Assembly (NCBI RefSeq): GCF_009914755.1
Contig: NC_060932.1
From: the human T2T-CHM13v2.0 reference genome, Homo sapiens
Strand: one strand, 5' to 3'
Length of the DNA: 64,000 bases
Of the stretch, positions 25,983 through 40,399 are shown piece after piece. The position numbers and the translations under genes were made by a program. Below the pieces are notes generated by a model. The model was given only the letters and a program-made list of their open reading frames with translations. It had not been told where the DNA came from and did no database searches. Within the stretch, counting starts at the first letter, position 1. Each line of letters begins with the position of its first letter.

Positions 25983-28190
25983 CTTGAACATCAAAGATTT
26001 TCTTCCGTTCTGTTGGTTGTCCGTTCACTGTCCTGATAGTGTCCTTCCATATACAAAAGCTTTTATTTTTGTTGAAGTCCAGGTTGCCAATTTTTTTCTT
26101 TTCAACTTGTGCTTTTGGTTTCATATCTAAGAAACCACTGCTAAATCCAAGGTCATGGAGATTTGCCCCTGTGTTTTCTTCTATGAGTTTCATAGATTAT
26201 GCTTTTATACTTAGGCCTTTGATAAATTTTGAGTTGATTTTTGTATATAAGGTAAGGTAAGAGTCTAACGTTATGCTTTTGCATATGGATTTTCTCTTGT
26301 TCAGTATCTTTTGTTGAAGATACTTTTTTCCCATTGAACAGTCTTGGCATCTTTGTTGAAAATGAATTGGCCATACATGTGATGGTTTAATTCTGGACTC
26401 GTAATTCTATCCCATTAAGCTACATGTCTGTCCTTATCTAGTACACACTTTTGATTCCTATAATAGCTTTGTGATAAGTTTTGAAATTGGAAAATATGCG
26501 TACTCCAATTGGTTCTTTTTCAAGATTGTTTTGGCTATTCAGAGTCTCTTGTAATTCCATATGAATTTTAGGACCAGCTTTTCCATTTCTGCAACAACAG
26601 AAGGCCGTTGGGATTTTTGAAGGGATTACACCGAATCTGTAGGTCTCTTTTGGGAGTATTGCCATCTGAACAACATTATCTTCCAAACCATGAACACAGG
26701 ATGTCTTTCTGTTTATTTAGGTCTTCAGTTTCCATCAACAATATTTTATAGTTTTCTGACTTACATGACATTGGATAAATTTATTCCTATTTATTATTTT
26801 TGATGCTCTTATAAATGGAATAATTTTTTATAATTTTCTGTTGGTGGTTTTTAAAATTTTCATTGATCTACTTGGGTTTATATCTACAGTCTTACTATTT
26901 GATTTTAATTTGTTCAAACTATTTTGCATTCTTTTTTTTCTCTCTTATCTTGCCTTCTTTTTATTGTTTGTTTTCCTCTCTGTTACTTTGTTAGTTGTGC
27001 ATTCTTTTATTGTTTACCCTAAAAATTATGATGTGTACTTTTGACTTATAATATTCTAATAGAAATAATTACTTCAACCATTCCCCCATTAGTGTTCTTC
27101 TGACGCTCCACCTTTTCCACTTTACTATAATGCATGTTAATTTTACATGTATTTTAAGATGATATTATTTTTGTTGGCACAGAGTATTCATTTATATTTT
27201 CCCACAGTCATCCCTTTTGTTGCTCTTAATTCATTTTTAATTTTCATCTTAGATCATTTCCCTTCTGTCTAAAGAACTTTCAAGCATTTCTTTTAGTGCA
27301 GTTTGTTGATGGCTAATTTTTCTTTTTTTGTCTATCTAAAAGTATATTTGCCTTCATTTGTAAATAATATTTTTACTGGCTAGAGATTATAGTTTGCAGT
27401 TATTTTCACTCAGCTTTTTTAAATAAGCCATTCCATTGTTATGTGGTTTTCTGAAGTCAGCTCTGAAAGTTACTGTCGCCTCCTTGAAGGTAATATGTCT
27501 TTTTTCCACTGACTGCCCTTAACATATTTTTCTTTGGTTTTCAACCGTTTAAATAAGATACGCCTAGCTGAGGTTTTCTTGTATTTATCCTTCTTGCGGT
27601 TTGCACAACTTCTCAAATCTGTAAGTGGTTATCTTTAATCAGTTTTGGAAAATCCTTAGCCATCATCTTTGTGTATATTGCCTCTGCCCCGTTCTTACTG
27701 ATCTGTCCTTTTGAGATTGCATTTACATGTGTTAGATCTTTTTTGTGTGTTTTACATGTTTCTTACCCTTTTTTCTGTATTTTTTGGTCTGTGACCTTCT
27801 TTCTGTTTGAATATTTTCTATTGCCTTGTTTTCTGTTTTGCCAGTCCTATCTTCTGATAGCTCTAATAAGTTCTTAATTTCAGTAATTATATATTTCAAT
27901 TATAGAATTTTAATTTGATGCTTAAATTCTAATTTTCTGATGAATTTTTAATCTTTTATTGAAGATATTAGTCATTGTTATATACAGTCTTGTCTGTTAA
28001 CTCTAATAGCTGGATCACCACATTTTTTTATTTTTTATTTTTTGGTTTTCAGTTATATCACCCTGTCTCTTGGGATGCCCAGTAATTTTTTACTAAGTGC
28101 TAGACGTTATAAAATATTAGTGAGATCCCAGATATGTTATGTTGCTATAGAAAAGATTAATCCTCTTTTCTGCTTAGCACATAAATGCAA
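25983..28190 (-). mobile_element. L1M ORF2/3' fragments
   Basis: Minus-strand ORFs with L1 ORF2-like peptides (LIEENTGANLHDLGFSSGFLDMKPKAQ; QMAILPK..YRFGVIP). Confidence 0.8.
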
Positions 28191-28199
28191 TTAGCACTT

Positions 28200-28522
28200 T
28201 ATTTTTATTTATTTATTTCAGAGACAGGGTCTCACTCTGTCTCCCAGGCTGAATGTAGTGATGTGATCATAGCTCACTGCAGCTTTGATCATAGCTTACT
28301 GCAGCCTCGAACTCCTGGGCTCAAGTGATCCTCCTGCCTCTGCCTCCCAAGTAGCTGGGACTACAGGCATATGCCACCATGCCTGGCTTTTTTTTTTTTT
28401 TTTAAGTAGAGATAGTCTTGCTGTTTTGCCCAGGCTGGTCTCAAATTCCTGAGCTCAGGTGATCCTCCTGCCTCGGCCTCTCAAAGTGCTGAGATTACAG
28501 CCGTGAGCCATTGCGTCCAGCC
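28200..28522 (-). mobile_element. AluJ with internal ~22-bp tandem duplication
   Basis: TGATCATAGCT(C/T)ACTGCAGC at 28264-28283 and 28286-28305. Confidence 0.88.
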
Positions 28523-29617
28523 AGCAGATCACTTTAATTCAGTCAGTAACTGAGCTGAGTAGAGGCTGCGTTGCAATGTTGGTAGGTCTCTGCCTCTGAT
28601 TTGTCTCTGCTACTAGGGTGTAGTCATTCAGGACTTCTCAGCAGAAAGTCTGGTATGTTGAGATGCTGTGCAGAGGTTGAACAGTAATTCATGTCTCTTT
28701 AGACTGATAAGACTGCCAAAATCTCTACTCTGTTCTCTTTCTGCTTAGCTTCTTAGCTTCCTTCCCTGTGTAGCTTTAGAATTTTGAGATACACATAGGG
28801 AAAACTGGCTTTGTGTTAGACTCAGTCCTTCCCACTTCTTCTCATTTAGATCTTGTTTCTTTCATTTCCCATTTTGTCTCTATAGCCTCACAAGACCACC
28901 TACAGCTCTGCTGGTTTCTCAGGTTCTCCAGCACAGCCTAGGCAAAGCTTGATTCCTAGCCTCTTGTCTTACGCCCAGTTCAACAAATACCACCTTTAAA
29001 AAGTGGCTGTACGTATCAGGCTACCTGTTTGTGCTTTCCTTCTCTTTGAATTCTTATTCCCTCTAAAGTTCTTTAGCAGTTCTCCAGTGGTTTTAAATAG
29101 ATAACTTAAAATTTTTTCTGTTTTTAAGTTGTTCTTGATGGAAACATTGGTCTAATACAGAGTACTCTTTCTTAGAAGTGAAAGTCATAGATAGTTTATT
29201 GTTATATATCAGTTATTATATTCATTTTATAGTTCTTTGACATCAGTTTCTATAAGTGACTCTTGATTTTCTAATTGTATTATGTATAGGAGGCTCTGGA
29301 AAATAATATACATCAGTGCAGAAACAAATTGATTCATCCACATTTGAAAGGCCTGGTGGTAAGAATATCTCTAACCACTTCAAAATCAGCAATGACTCAA
29401 ACTATTATATAAATAAATGCAAAAAATATTCCATAGTCAAAAGCCCAGATGCACATCCTTGGGATATTTTATCTATTCCTGTGGTTGAAATGATTATTTT
29501 ATTGTGGTTTTATGTTTGGGGTTACTATTTTTTTTCCCTTAATATTAGCTTACAGCATTAGTTTGTTTACATCATGTGATTTCACAGTATAAAGAACTCT
29601 GTTTAAAATTTGAAAAA

Positions 29618-29912
29618 GGCATGGTGGCTCATGCCTGTAATCCCAGCACTTTGGAAGGCTGAGATGGACAGATCGCTTGAGCCCAAGAGTTTGAGACCAG
29701 CCTAGGCAACATGGCGAGACCCTGTCTTTACAAAAAATACAAAAATTAACCCTGTGTGGTGGTGCGTGCCTGTAGTCCCAGCTACTCAGGAGGCTGAGGT
29801 GGGAGGATTGTTTGAGCCTAGGAGGCAGAGGTGGTGGTGAGCCGAGATCCTGTCACTGCACTCTGGCCTGGGTGACAGAGCGAGACCCTGTCTTTAAAAA
29901 AAAAAAAAAAAA
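29618..29912 (+). mobile_element. AluJ
   Basis: Sense Alu with poly-A tail. Confidence 0.92.
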
Positions 29913-30092
29913 ACCAAGAAAATTTCAGCCCAAAGTGAGAGACCTTTCCCCGCCCTCAATGCCTAAATTACTACTATATTACTACTTACCTTCCTCTCCT
30001 TCTCCCAGTTTTTCTCCCATTACTGGTTGTCCTCTCTCTCCTGTTGACAATTGTTAATTGAAGAAGATTTAGAAATTGAAATACTTAAAGGA

Positions 30093-30419
<327 letters not shown>

Positions 30420-30802
30420 TTAAAGGAAGAAAACGAAAATTTCTTGTAATCCCATCACCAATCTAGTCACACTTTTGAACATTTGGTGCATGTCTTTTGT
30501 GGATTTATTCTTTGTAAAATGGATATTGTCAGTGGTTCTCAGCCCTGCTTCTTCATCAATATCACCTGTAATACCTAAACTATACATATAGATTCTGGGA
30601 TACACCTCACATTTAACTAAATTAGAATCTTCAAGGGTAGGGCTAGGACAGTTTTGTTTAAAAAAACAAAAACTCCCCTTCAGAAAATTTTAATAACCCT
30701 CAGAATTTTCTTGTAATGAGAAAGAGAATGTTGCAGTATTATAGAAAGCTTTAACTTGTATACAGCTCTTTAACTAATTATTCAATTTTAACTTTTCCCT
30801 AG

Positions 30803-30999
30803 CCATTCCACCCTATGGTGAATCTGGATTGTTCTCGGGATTTCCGGCCTTTTCTTTGTGCACTCTACGCTCCTATTTGTATGGAATATGGACGTGTCAC
30901 ACTTCCCTGTCGTAGGCTGTGTCAGCGGGCTTACAGTGAGTGTTCGAAGCTCATGGAGATGTTTGGTGTTCCTTGGCCTGAAGATATGGAATGCAGTAG
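30803..30999 (+). CDS. FZD3: Frizzled-3 coding exon (aa 64-129): core of cysteine-rich domain
   Basis: TTTTCCCTAG| acceptor; PFHPMVNLDCSRDFRPFLCALYAPICMEYGRVTLPCRRLCQRAYSECSKLMEMFGVPWPEDMECS; donor AG|GTGCGA; 197 nt. Confidence 0.97.
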
Positions 31000-32162
31000 G
31001 TGCGAAAATCATAGATTTTCATGGATCATTTCTTATGTTGCAATATGTTTAAAAGTACTTGTCTTCTTTTCCATCTGTTTTAAAAAACTTTTTTTGAAGT
31101 GTACATATTAGTCATTAATTTTGAACAGTTTTATGGCCTCACAATTGTTTATTTGCTTAGAAATTTGGAAGCACTAAATGAAAAAGAAAACATTTCTGTG
31201 AAGAAGTTTTTAAAAGACTTAAGAATTACATAATCAAGACAGTTGATTTTTCCCCCTTTAAAACATTTTTTTCTGATTATGAAAATAGTGCTATTTGTGA
31301 AAAATTATACGGAGAAGAAAACCATTTATTACCTCATCATTGCGGGGGCTTAAATACCTTTATGATTTAAATATAGATTTATAGGATAGTTCTGTCATTT
31401 CTTTTTTTCTGTCAAGTATTAACATACCAAATCCAGAAAATGTCAAATACTTTTCAAATTACATGCAGTATATCGACTATAAGCATGTCTTAAAGTTTTG
31501 AGGATTTATTAGACATTCTTAAAGTTTCATTTAAGTGAGCATTATTATTAATAATATACTATATTTATTATGTGATAATGTTTTACCTATTTGTATTCTG
31601 AAATATTTCAAGGATAAAGAATAAGGTGAATACTTATGTATCTATTATTATCTAGCTTTGCCCAATCTTAACAGTTTGTAATATTGGCTTCAGATTTTTT
31701 TTAAGAAATGAAACAATACAGGTAGAATTGAAGGTTTTCCCTTGTTATCCCTCTTGAGCTTATTATCTTCTTTCCCCCCAAGGAGTGAGATAATCTTTAT
31801 GTTGAATTTGTTTTAAAATCATTCCCATGTTTGCTTATATACTCTTACTACATGTATGCATATCCATAAACAATACAGCTTTTTTGTATGTATCTATCTA
31901 TGTTTGTACCTGTAACCTGTAGGTCTAGTACATTCCTTTTAATTGCCGTGTAGTGGTCAATTGTGTTAATATCCTACAGTTATTTAGCCTTCTACTGATG
32001 GTCATTTAGGTTGTTTCCAGATTTTTGTTATTATAAGTAACATTCTTTTCTCCTTCATATTTAAAAATAATTTTGTTTGTTATCTGGTAATAGCTCTTGG
32101 AGGCGAGTAAAGCAGATGTTGTTACTCTTACTTGACAGATGGAGAAACTTAAGAAATAATAA

Positions 32163-32538
<376 letters not shown>

Positions 32539-32932
32539 TATTTGCTTCTTGTAGTCAATTTATTGATGTTCTACTTTCTCATATTTGTCTGTTTCGCACC
32601 TATTTTACCTTCCCTTTTGTTTAGCCCCATCTAACCATTCATGTCTTCTGTCTCCAGACACCTGGAAGTGTTTCCAGTCTCTCTTTTAGAAGTCTGTAAA
32701 TTGGTATAAAACAATTATAAATTGCCTGGGCAGGAACTCTGTTTTATGCTTCTTGTATTTAACGCCTATTGTTTAGGTGTCTTTTTATTTTAATAGCTTA
32801 TATATAAGCATAGAAATCTCATAATCTTTATTTTTTTAATTTGTTTTGATAGGATTAAACCTATTTTATGTCCTCATTATACCCTAGGATTGCCTAAATT
32901 TGAAATCTTAAATTCTGAAAAAGGGAACTTTC

Positions 32933-33233
32933 TTTTTTTTTTTTTTTTTTTTTGAGATGGAGTCTCGCTCTGTCACCCAGGCTGGAGTGCAGTGGCGTGA
33001 CTTGGCTCACTGCAACCTCCACCTCCTGAGTTCAAGCAATTCTCCTACCTCAGTCTCCCAAGTAGCTGGGCTTACAGGTGCCCACCACCACATCCAGCTA
33101 ATTTTTGCATTTTTGGTAGAGACGGGGTTTCACCACGTTGGCCAGGCTGGTCTCGAACTCCTGACTTTAAGTGGTCCGCCCGCCTCAGCCTCCCAAAGTG
33201 CTGGGATTACAGGCGTGAGCCACCGTGCCCAGC
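32933..33233 (-). mobile_element. Alu (AluS)
   Basis: Antisense Alu; TSD AAAGGGAACTTTC. Confidence 0.93.
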
Positions 33234-33304
33234 CTCAAAGGGAACTTTCATAGCAACCTTTTTATTCTTTCATAGCTCTCATACTTTTGTGCCTACTATA
33301 CTGG

Positions 33305-34310
33305 TTGCCTTGGTTCATTTGTGCTGCTATAACAAAATACCACAGACTGGGTAAATTATAAATAATAGAAATTTATTTGTTATGGTTTGGGCGCTGGAGA
33401 GTCTAAGATCAAGGCACAGGCAGGTTGTGTTTCTAGTGAGGGCTGCTTTCTGCTTCCAACATGGCACCTTGTTGCTGCATCCTCCACTGGGTAGGAACAC
33501 AGTTTCCCCATGTGGCAGGATAGCAAGAGGGGCAAGCTCACTCTGCAGCCTCTTTTATAGGGACATTAATCCTTTAATTGTCCCAAAGACCTCACTTCAT
33601 TTTTCCTTTTTGGAGATAGGATCTCGCTGTGTTGCCCAGGCTGGAGTGCAGGGGCACAGTCACAGCTCACTATAGCCTCAAACTCCTGGGCTCAGTCAGT
33701 CCTTCTGCCTCAGCCTCCCAAGTAGCTGGGATTACATGGGCGTACCACCATGTCCAGCTAATTAAAAAAAAAAAAAAAATTTGTAGAGATGGGGTCTTGC
33801 TTTGTTGCCCAGGGAGGTCACAAACTCCTGGCCTTAAGCAGGCCTCCTAAAGTGCTGGGATTACAAGCTAAGCCACTGCGCTTGGCCAGGCTCTGCCTCT
33901 GAATACCACTGCAGTGGGGATTGTTTCATGAATATTCAGGTCCCCCAAAGTTCATGTATTGGAAACTTAATTCTCAGTGCAGCAGTGTTGAGAGGTGAGA
34001 CCTTTAAGAGATCGTGAGGACTCTGCCCTCATGAATAGATTAATGCCATTATCTCAGGGAGGCATTAGTTATTGCGGGATTGGGTTCCTGATAAAAGGAT
34101 GAGTTTGGCCCCTTTTCCTCCCTGGCCCCACATCCTCTCTCTCCCTTTTGCCATGGGTTGATGCACCAAGGAGGCGCCTCCTTCCCAGATGCAGGCCCTC
34201 TTGACTTGGACTTCCCAGCCTCTAGAGCTGTAAGAAATAAATCCCTGGTTTTTATAAATTACCTAGTCTCAAGTATTCTGTCATAGCAGCACAAAATGGA
34301 CTAAGACAGC
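33305..34310. mobile_element. MaLR LTR fragments (MST/MLT1) with an inserted AluJ (33600-33887)
   Basis: GCTGCTATAACAAAATACCACAGACTGGGTAA; GACTTCCCAGCCTCTAGAGCTGTAAGAAATAAA..AATGGACTAAGACA. Confidence 0.78.
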
Positions 34311-34739
34311 ACCTATTCTAAAAATTCATGGACACCCCCAGAATTTTTATCTTTTTATCCTAAATAGACCCTTCCTGATCTCATTTGTTTCTTTATTTAG
34401 CTTAAATGTTGTGGTCTATCACTTGAAATAACATCATCTGATAGCAGTTTCATCTCATCCCTCTTACTGTACTTATTTAGACCTCCAAATAGACTGATTA
34501 ATTTCTTATAAATTGATTATGCTATGTATTTAATGATTCTGAAATTACAGCAGTTGTATTTTCTATTTGTAACCACTTGTCTTGGTCAGAAAAATTTCTG
34601 TTCATTTTCCTCAGCACTTGTGCCAAATCTGTATCACTTAACTTTAAACTTGTATCTCACCTTTATTTCCTTCAACCTCAGCCTGTCCTTTCCTGAAAAT
34701 GATTCAGTCCATCATGTAAGAGAACTATTGTGATCTGTT

Positions 34740-36280
34740 ATTTCTCAGACTGTTCCTTCTCAATTTCCTTCTCGGATCCTCCTCTTTTTTCTGCCCCTTG
34801 AATAATGGTGCTTCCCAGAGTTCGGTTCCTGTTCTCCACAGCCCTCCCTGGATAATCTCATCTCACCTATTTTAACTCTTATTTATATACCGATGACTCC
34901 TAAACCTAAGTCTGTAGCCTCTCTCTGCAAAGCTCAAAACCTGCATATATCCAGCAGCTGTTGAAAATCCTAACCTATATCCAGTAGCCATTGGAAATCT
35001 GGCCTCGGTTTGTCTCCACGACCTCAATTTTGGCATATGTAAAATTGATTTTACTTCTTGGCTCACTGTTTTATTCCCTGGAAGTATCTTCTGTTCCTAC
35101 TTCATTGATCTTAACTCCCACATTCAAGTTAGGCATTCTGTTGCCTTCAGCTAACTAATTTCATATCTGTCTCATTCTCACTGCCTTATTTGACTTTAAT
35201 TTTGGCACATCTGGTATCCCTGCCCCCATTTTTGCCCCGCTCAAGTCTGTCTTTTACACTGCTCCTGGTTACCTTTCTGATTACTTGGGTTAGGGTTATA
35301 TGAATATATTCACTCAACATTCATTAGTTCAACACATGTCAATTGAATGTCTTTGGTGTGCTAGGCACTATTCTAGATGTCGAAGATGAGCAGTGAGCAA
35401 AACAGAGATCCTGTTCTTATGGAGTGAAAATTCTAATGGTGGTGGTAAATAAATAGACAATGTCAGATGAAAATGAATGCTAATAAGAACAAATATGGTA
35501 GGTGATAGGGATACAATATAGGAGAGCAGAGGGATTCTATTTTCTATAGAGTCTTTGGAGAAGGCCTTATTGATAAGGAGGCTTTGGACCAGGGACTTGA
35601 ATGAAGTGAGAAAACAAATGATGATATCTGGGGGCAGAGCGGGCCAGGCAAAGGAAACAGAGCAGCAAGTACAGAGACTCTGAAGTGGAACCACGCTTCC
35701 TAAAGTCACAGAACAACAGGAGACCAAAGTGGTTGGAGCCAAGTGAGTGAGGGAGAATGGAAGGAAATAAGATCAGAAAAGTACTGGGGCTGAGGGTCTG
35801 AGTAGCTCTGGTAAGGAATTTGGATTTGACTCTGAGATGAGAAGCCATTAGAGGGTTTTAAGCAGAAGAGGCATGATCGTGAACACAGGAGCAGCATATC
35901 TTTAAAGGATTACCTTGGCTGCTGTGTGGAAATGGAGATCAATTGGAGGCCCCTCTAGAAGTCCAGGGAAGAAATATTTATGGCTCAGACTGGGCACCAG
36001 CAGGGGAGGAAATGAGAAGAGTTCGGTTTCTTGATATATTACAAAGTAGAATCACAGGAAATGCTGGTAGATTTCATAGGTATATGAAAGATAAGGGACA
36101 TCAAGGATAACCCCAAGGTTTTTGGCCTGAGCAGCTAGAAGTATAGAATAACCATTTATGGAGATGGAGAAACCTGAGGAGTGGAAGTCAAGAATTTGCT
36201 TTCAGAAGGGTTGAAGATTGAGGTGCCTATTAGATACCTAAGTGTATATGTTGAGTTGGCAGTTAGATATACAAATATAT
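34740..36280. mobile_element. L2 fragments
   Basis: CATTCATTAGTTCAACA..GTGCTAGGCACTATTCTAG L2 3' end and internal L2 motifs. Confidence 0.7.
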
Positions 36281-37311
36281 CCATAGATATATTAGTATTG
36301 GGTAACATGGGAAAATTGTAGTGTTTGCATGGTTTTAAATTTTATGTTAATGTTTATACACACACACACACTCACACACACATTTCTGCAACGTGCTTAC
36401 CTCTCCAGTCTCATCTCCTGCCACAAGTCATGCATACTTTATATTCCAGCAATAACACACCCTGTTCAAACATCTATGCCTATGCTTATATTTGCTTACT
36501 AGAATGCTGATTGGCTTACTGCTAATACTGATTTAAAATCCTGTATTGGGGGACTGTGAAGTCTTTCATAGTTCCTTCCCCTTATGTAACTAATCTCTGT
36601 CTTTATCATTATCATTTTTGTACCTTATATAGATTTTAATTGCTAGCAGAGTGTCACACTGCTATATTTTGTGTATGTTGTGTTTATAAGTATGTGTCTC
36701 CTTCTGGATTCAAGGATAGAGATCTGTATTTTTATCTTTTTAACTCCTGGCATATTCAGGGTTCCAGTAAATACTTGATTGCAATACATTCTGTCATTTG
36801 GCTTTATAATTCTCTGTGAAGAAAATGGTTTGTATTAGAAAATTTGAAAGATTTGAAGATACAAATCAGCTACAGCATAAAGTTATGTATGTGTTTGGCA
36901 AACTTAATGATAGTTTCTTAGAAACTATTTGATGCATATAAAACAGTAAACAGCTAGTTACTGGGAGTCTGAAGTCTTAGAAACAGATATTGGCAAAAAA
37001 ATTAAAGATGAAGGGAATTCATGACAACGGTCTCCTTAGTTGCATAAATGTCTGCAACACAACCTTGTTTTCTTTGTCTCGAGGCTATCATACTTTTTCA
37101 AGACATACAACTAGTATTTTTTGCTCAACTGTCGAAAATCTAGTTGTATGGACCACAAACAAGATATCACCATTTACTTTATTTCTACATATTACATTTG
37201 CTCTCCAGGAATAAATAAGGTTGTGAGTGCCAGATTTGGAAATCCAAACTGTTAGATCGTGATAGATTTCCCCATAAGTAAAAATAGTTCTCATCTTGTT
37301 TTGTTTTTTAG

Positions 37312-38329
37312 GTTCCCAGATTGTGATGAGCCATATCCTCGACTTGTGGATCTGAATTTAGCTGGAGAACCAACTGAAGGAGCCCCAGTGGCAGTGCAGA
37401 GAGACTATGGTTTTTGGTGTCCCCGAGAGTTAAAAATTGATCCTGATCTGGGTTATTCTTTTCTGCATGTGCGTGATTGTTCACCTCCTTGTCCAAATAT
37501 GTACTTCAGAAGAGAAGAACTGTCATTTGCTCGCTATTTCATAGGATTGATTTCAATCATTTGCCTCTCGGCCACATTGTTTACTTTTTTAACTTTTTTG
37601 ATTGATGTCACAAGATTCCGTTATCCTGAAAGGCCTATTATATTTTATGCAGTCTGCTACATGATGGTATCCTTAATTTTCTTCATTGGATTTTTGCTTG
37701 AAGATCGAGTAGCCTGCAATGCATCCATCCCTGCACAATATAAGGCTTCCACAGTGACACAAGGATCTCATAATAAAGCCTGTACCATGCTTTTTATGAT
37801 ACTCTATTTTTTTACTATGGCTGGCAGTGTATGGTGGGTAATTCTTACCATCACATGGTTTTTAGCAGCTGTGCCAAAGTGGGGTAGTGAAGCTATTGAG
37901 AAGAAAGCATTGCTGTTTCACGCCAGTGCATGGGGCATCCCCGGAACTCTAACCATCATCCTTTTAGCGATGAATAAAATTGAAGGTGACAATATTAGTG
38001 GCGTGTGTTTTGTTGGCCTCTACGATGTTGATGCATTGAGATATTTTGTTCTTGCTCCCCTCTGCCTGTATGTGGTAGTTGGGGTTTCTCTCCTCTTAGC
38101 TGGCATTATATCCCTAAACAGAGTTCGAATTGAGATTCCATTAGAAAAGGAGAACCAAGATAAATTAGTGAAGTTTATGATCCGGATCGGTGTTTTCAGC
38201 ATTCTTTATCTCGTACCACTCTTGGTTGTAATTGGATGCTACTTTTATGAGCAAGCTTACCGGGGCATCTGGGAAACAACGTGGATACAAGAACGCTGCA
38301 GAGAATATCACATTCCATGTCCATATCAG
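37312..38329 (+). CDS. FZD3: Frizzled-3 coding exon (aa 129-468): linker, TM1-TM6, ECL3
   Basis: TTTTTTAG| acceptor; FPDCDEPYP...[11 protein letters not shown]...[23 protein letters not shown]...[12 protein letters not shown]...IPCPYQ; donor CAG|GTAAGG; 1018 nt, frame consistent with flanking exons. Confidence 0.98.
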
Positions 38330-39094
38330 GTAAGGGAAACCTTGTTACAAATTTCAGAATATATGATAATGAAACAAAAGCATATTACTATAATGAGTTA
38401 ATATCAGCTGTTTTTTGAAATGTCATGAACCTTCAACTTGTACATTAACATTTTAAGGATGAGATGACAAATATGTTGTAGTAAATATGTAATACACATA
38501 TTTGATAGACATCTTCATTTTAAAAGATGACTTAACAAGTCTACACTATGGGCTTTTAAGCAGTGTACGTCTGTTGGTGATTTTTTTTTTTTCCAGAAGT
38601 GTGCAGTTTCGTGGGGGAGAAGCACTTTACCAACGTTTATAAAAATTTGCTTTTTATGGGAATTTTACTGATGCTCAGGTTAGAAATTGTTTTATTAATA
38701 ACAGTTTTGCAAAAGTAACAAGATGCAAGTATAAAAACTCAATGATCTTGATTTTTCTTCTTTGCATACTGAATATTTTGTGATTTCTTTTTCAGTTTAA
38801 AGAGTTCAGAGCCTCTGGTAGTCTTAGAATTATGGAATTTTAAATCTAGAAAGAACTTTAGAGATCATTTATTCAGATTCCCTCTGTAATTTAGAGTTCT
38901 TAAACATCTAGTACCTTATTTGAAGCTTTGAAATGTTAAGTGACTTGTTCTTGAGTAGTAAATGAACAGCTGGGATTTAGTCTTAGATAAATGTAGTCAA
39001 GGAAAATAGATCAGAGGAGTTAATGCTAAGTATTTCTTATCTTTAGTACTTCTAGAATCTGTGTTCCTACTATTACCCTACCTTCTTTTATGTA

Positions 39095-39384
39095 TTTATG
39101 ATTATTATTTAGAAACAGAGTCTTACTAGAATGCAGTGGCATGATCATAGCTCACTGCAGCTTCAAACTCCAAGAGCTCAAGCAATCCTCCTGCCTCAGC
39201 CTCCCAATTAGCTAGGACTACAGGTGTACACCACCATGCCCAGCTAATTTTTTATTTCATTTTTTTAAGAGATGGGGTTTCACTTGTTGCCCAGGCTAGT
39301 CTCGAACTCCTGCCCTCAAGTGATCTTCCCTCCTGGACCTCCCCAGATGCTGGTATTAACAGGCGTTAGTCACCATGCCAGCCT
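39095..39384 (-). mobile_element. AluJ
   Basis: Antisense Alu ~770 bp downstream of exon 5. Confidence 0.88.
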
Positions 39385-40252
39385 CTCTTCTTTCTTTTAA
39401 AACAAGTTTTCTTAAAAGAGTACTCTAATGTGGTGTCTCCTGTTCATCATTTTCCAGATTTCCTCTTATAAAAGTGCACCAGCCACCTTTCCATCTCCTC
39501 CAACCTTTGTTACTCTAATACTTTTAAATACCTTTATTGACGTACTTAAGGATTACAGATAACTTTTGTTTACTAGTCTGTTTCCCCTATTACTATACTC
39601 TGAACTCTTCGCAAGAAGAACTTTTTTGTTTTTTAAAGACATTCTGTAGATGATAGTAATGATATTGTGGGTATATTGCTTGAGAAGAGGGGACATTTTT
39701 AAGACATGGTAACAGAAATGTACATTTAAGAAATGGTTACTGCTACAGAGAGTATGGGGTTAGCACATAATAAATGCTGATACATTTTTGATCACTGAGA
39801 ATGCCAATTTCCCTTTTATTTTGGTATAAATAGTCCTATACAAATGATATTTTATCATTATATTAGCTACTGACTTTTTAAAAAATAAACCAACTCATAA
39901 CTTAGAGACTAGGAAAAAATGAATAATTGAAATTCCATTCAATTTCTTGCCAGAACTGCTTACTAAAAACTCTTATTATGAGTTTTCAGACCTAAAGGTA
40001 AATAATCCAGTTTTCCCTCTGAGAGAGAGATGTTGAGTTATATTTTATGCTTCCCCATGTCAGTTTCTAGGATTCTAAATTATTATTTTAGGGCTATTGA
40101 AGAAATAATGTTTGACCATGAAATAATGGTCTTAAAAAATACCAGACCTCAAACATGTAAATCAGTAGAGTAGTTGAGATGCTGCTTTTTTCATGACATA
40201 CCTAGAATTCTTTTAGCATCTTTAGAACCAGTTTGAGCTACACTGAAATATA

Positions 40253-40254
<2 letters not shown>

Positions 40255-40310
<56 letters not shown>
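40255..40310. repeat. (TG)28 microsatellite
   Basis: Uninterrupted TG run. Confidence 0.97.
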
Positions 40311-40312
<2 letters not shown>

Positions 40313-40399
40313 GGGGGGGATTAATAGTGTTTTCTGAGAAATATTTTCAACATACGGAAATGAATAACAAATGATGGTAATAACATAGGTATTAAACTG

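Noticed and set aside
25969-26686. Minus-strand ORFs resembling a reverse-transcriptase protein C-terminus
   Set aside because: Fragmented, dead L1 ORF2 remnants.
37259-38401. 380-aa ORF as a standalone single-exon gene
   Set aside because: It is FZD3 exon 5 with short chance intronic extensions beyond canonical splice sites.
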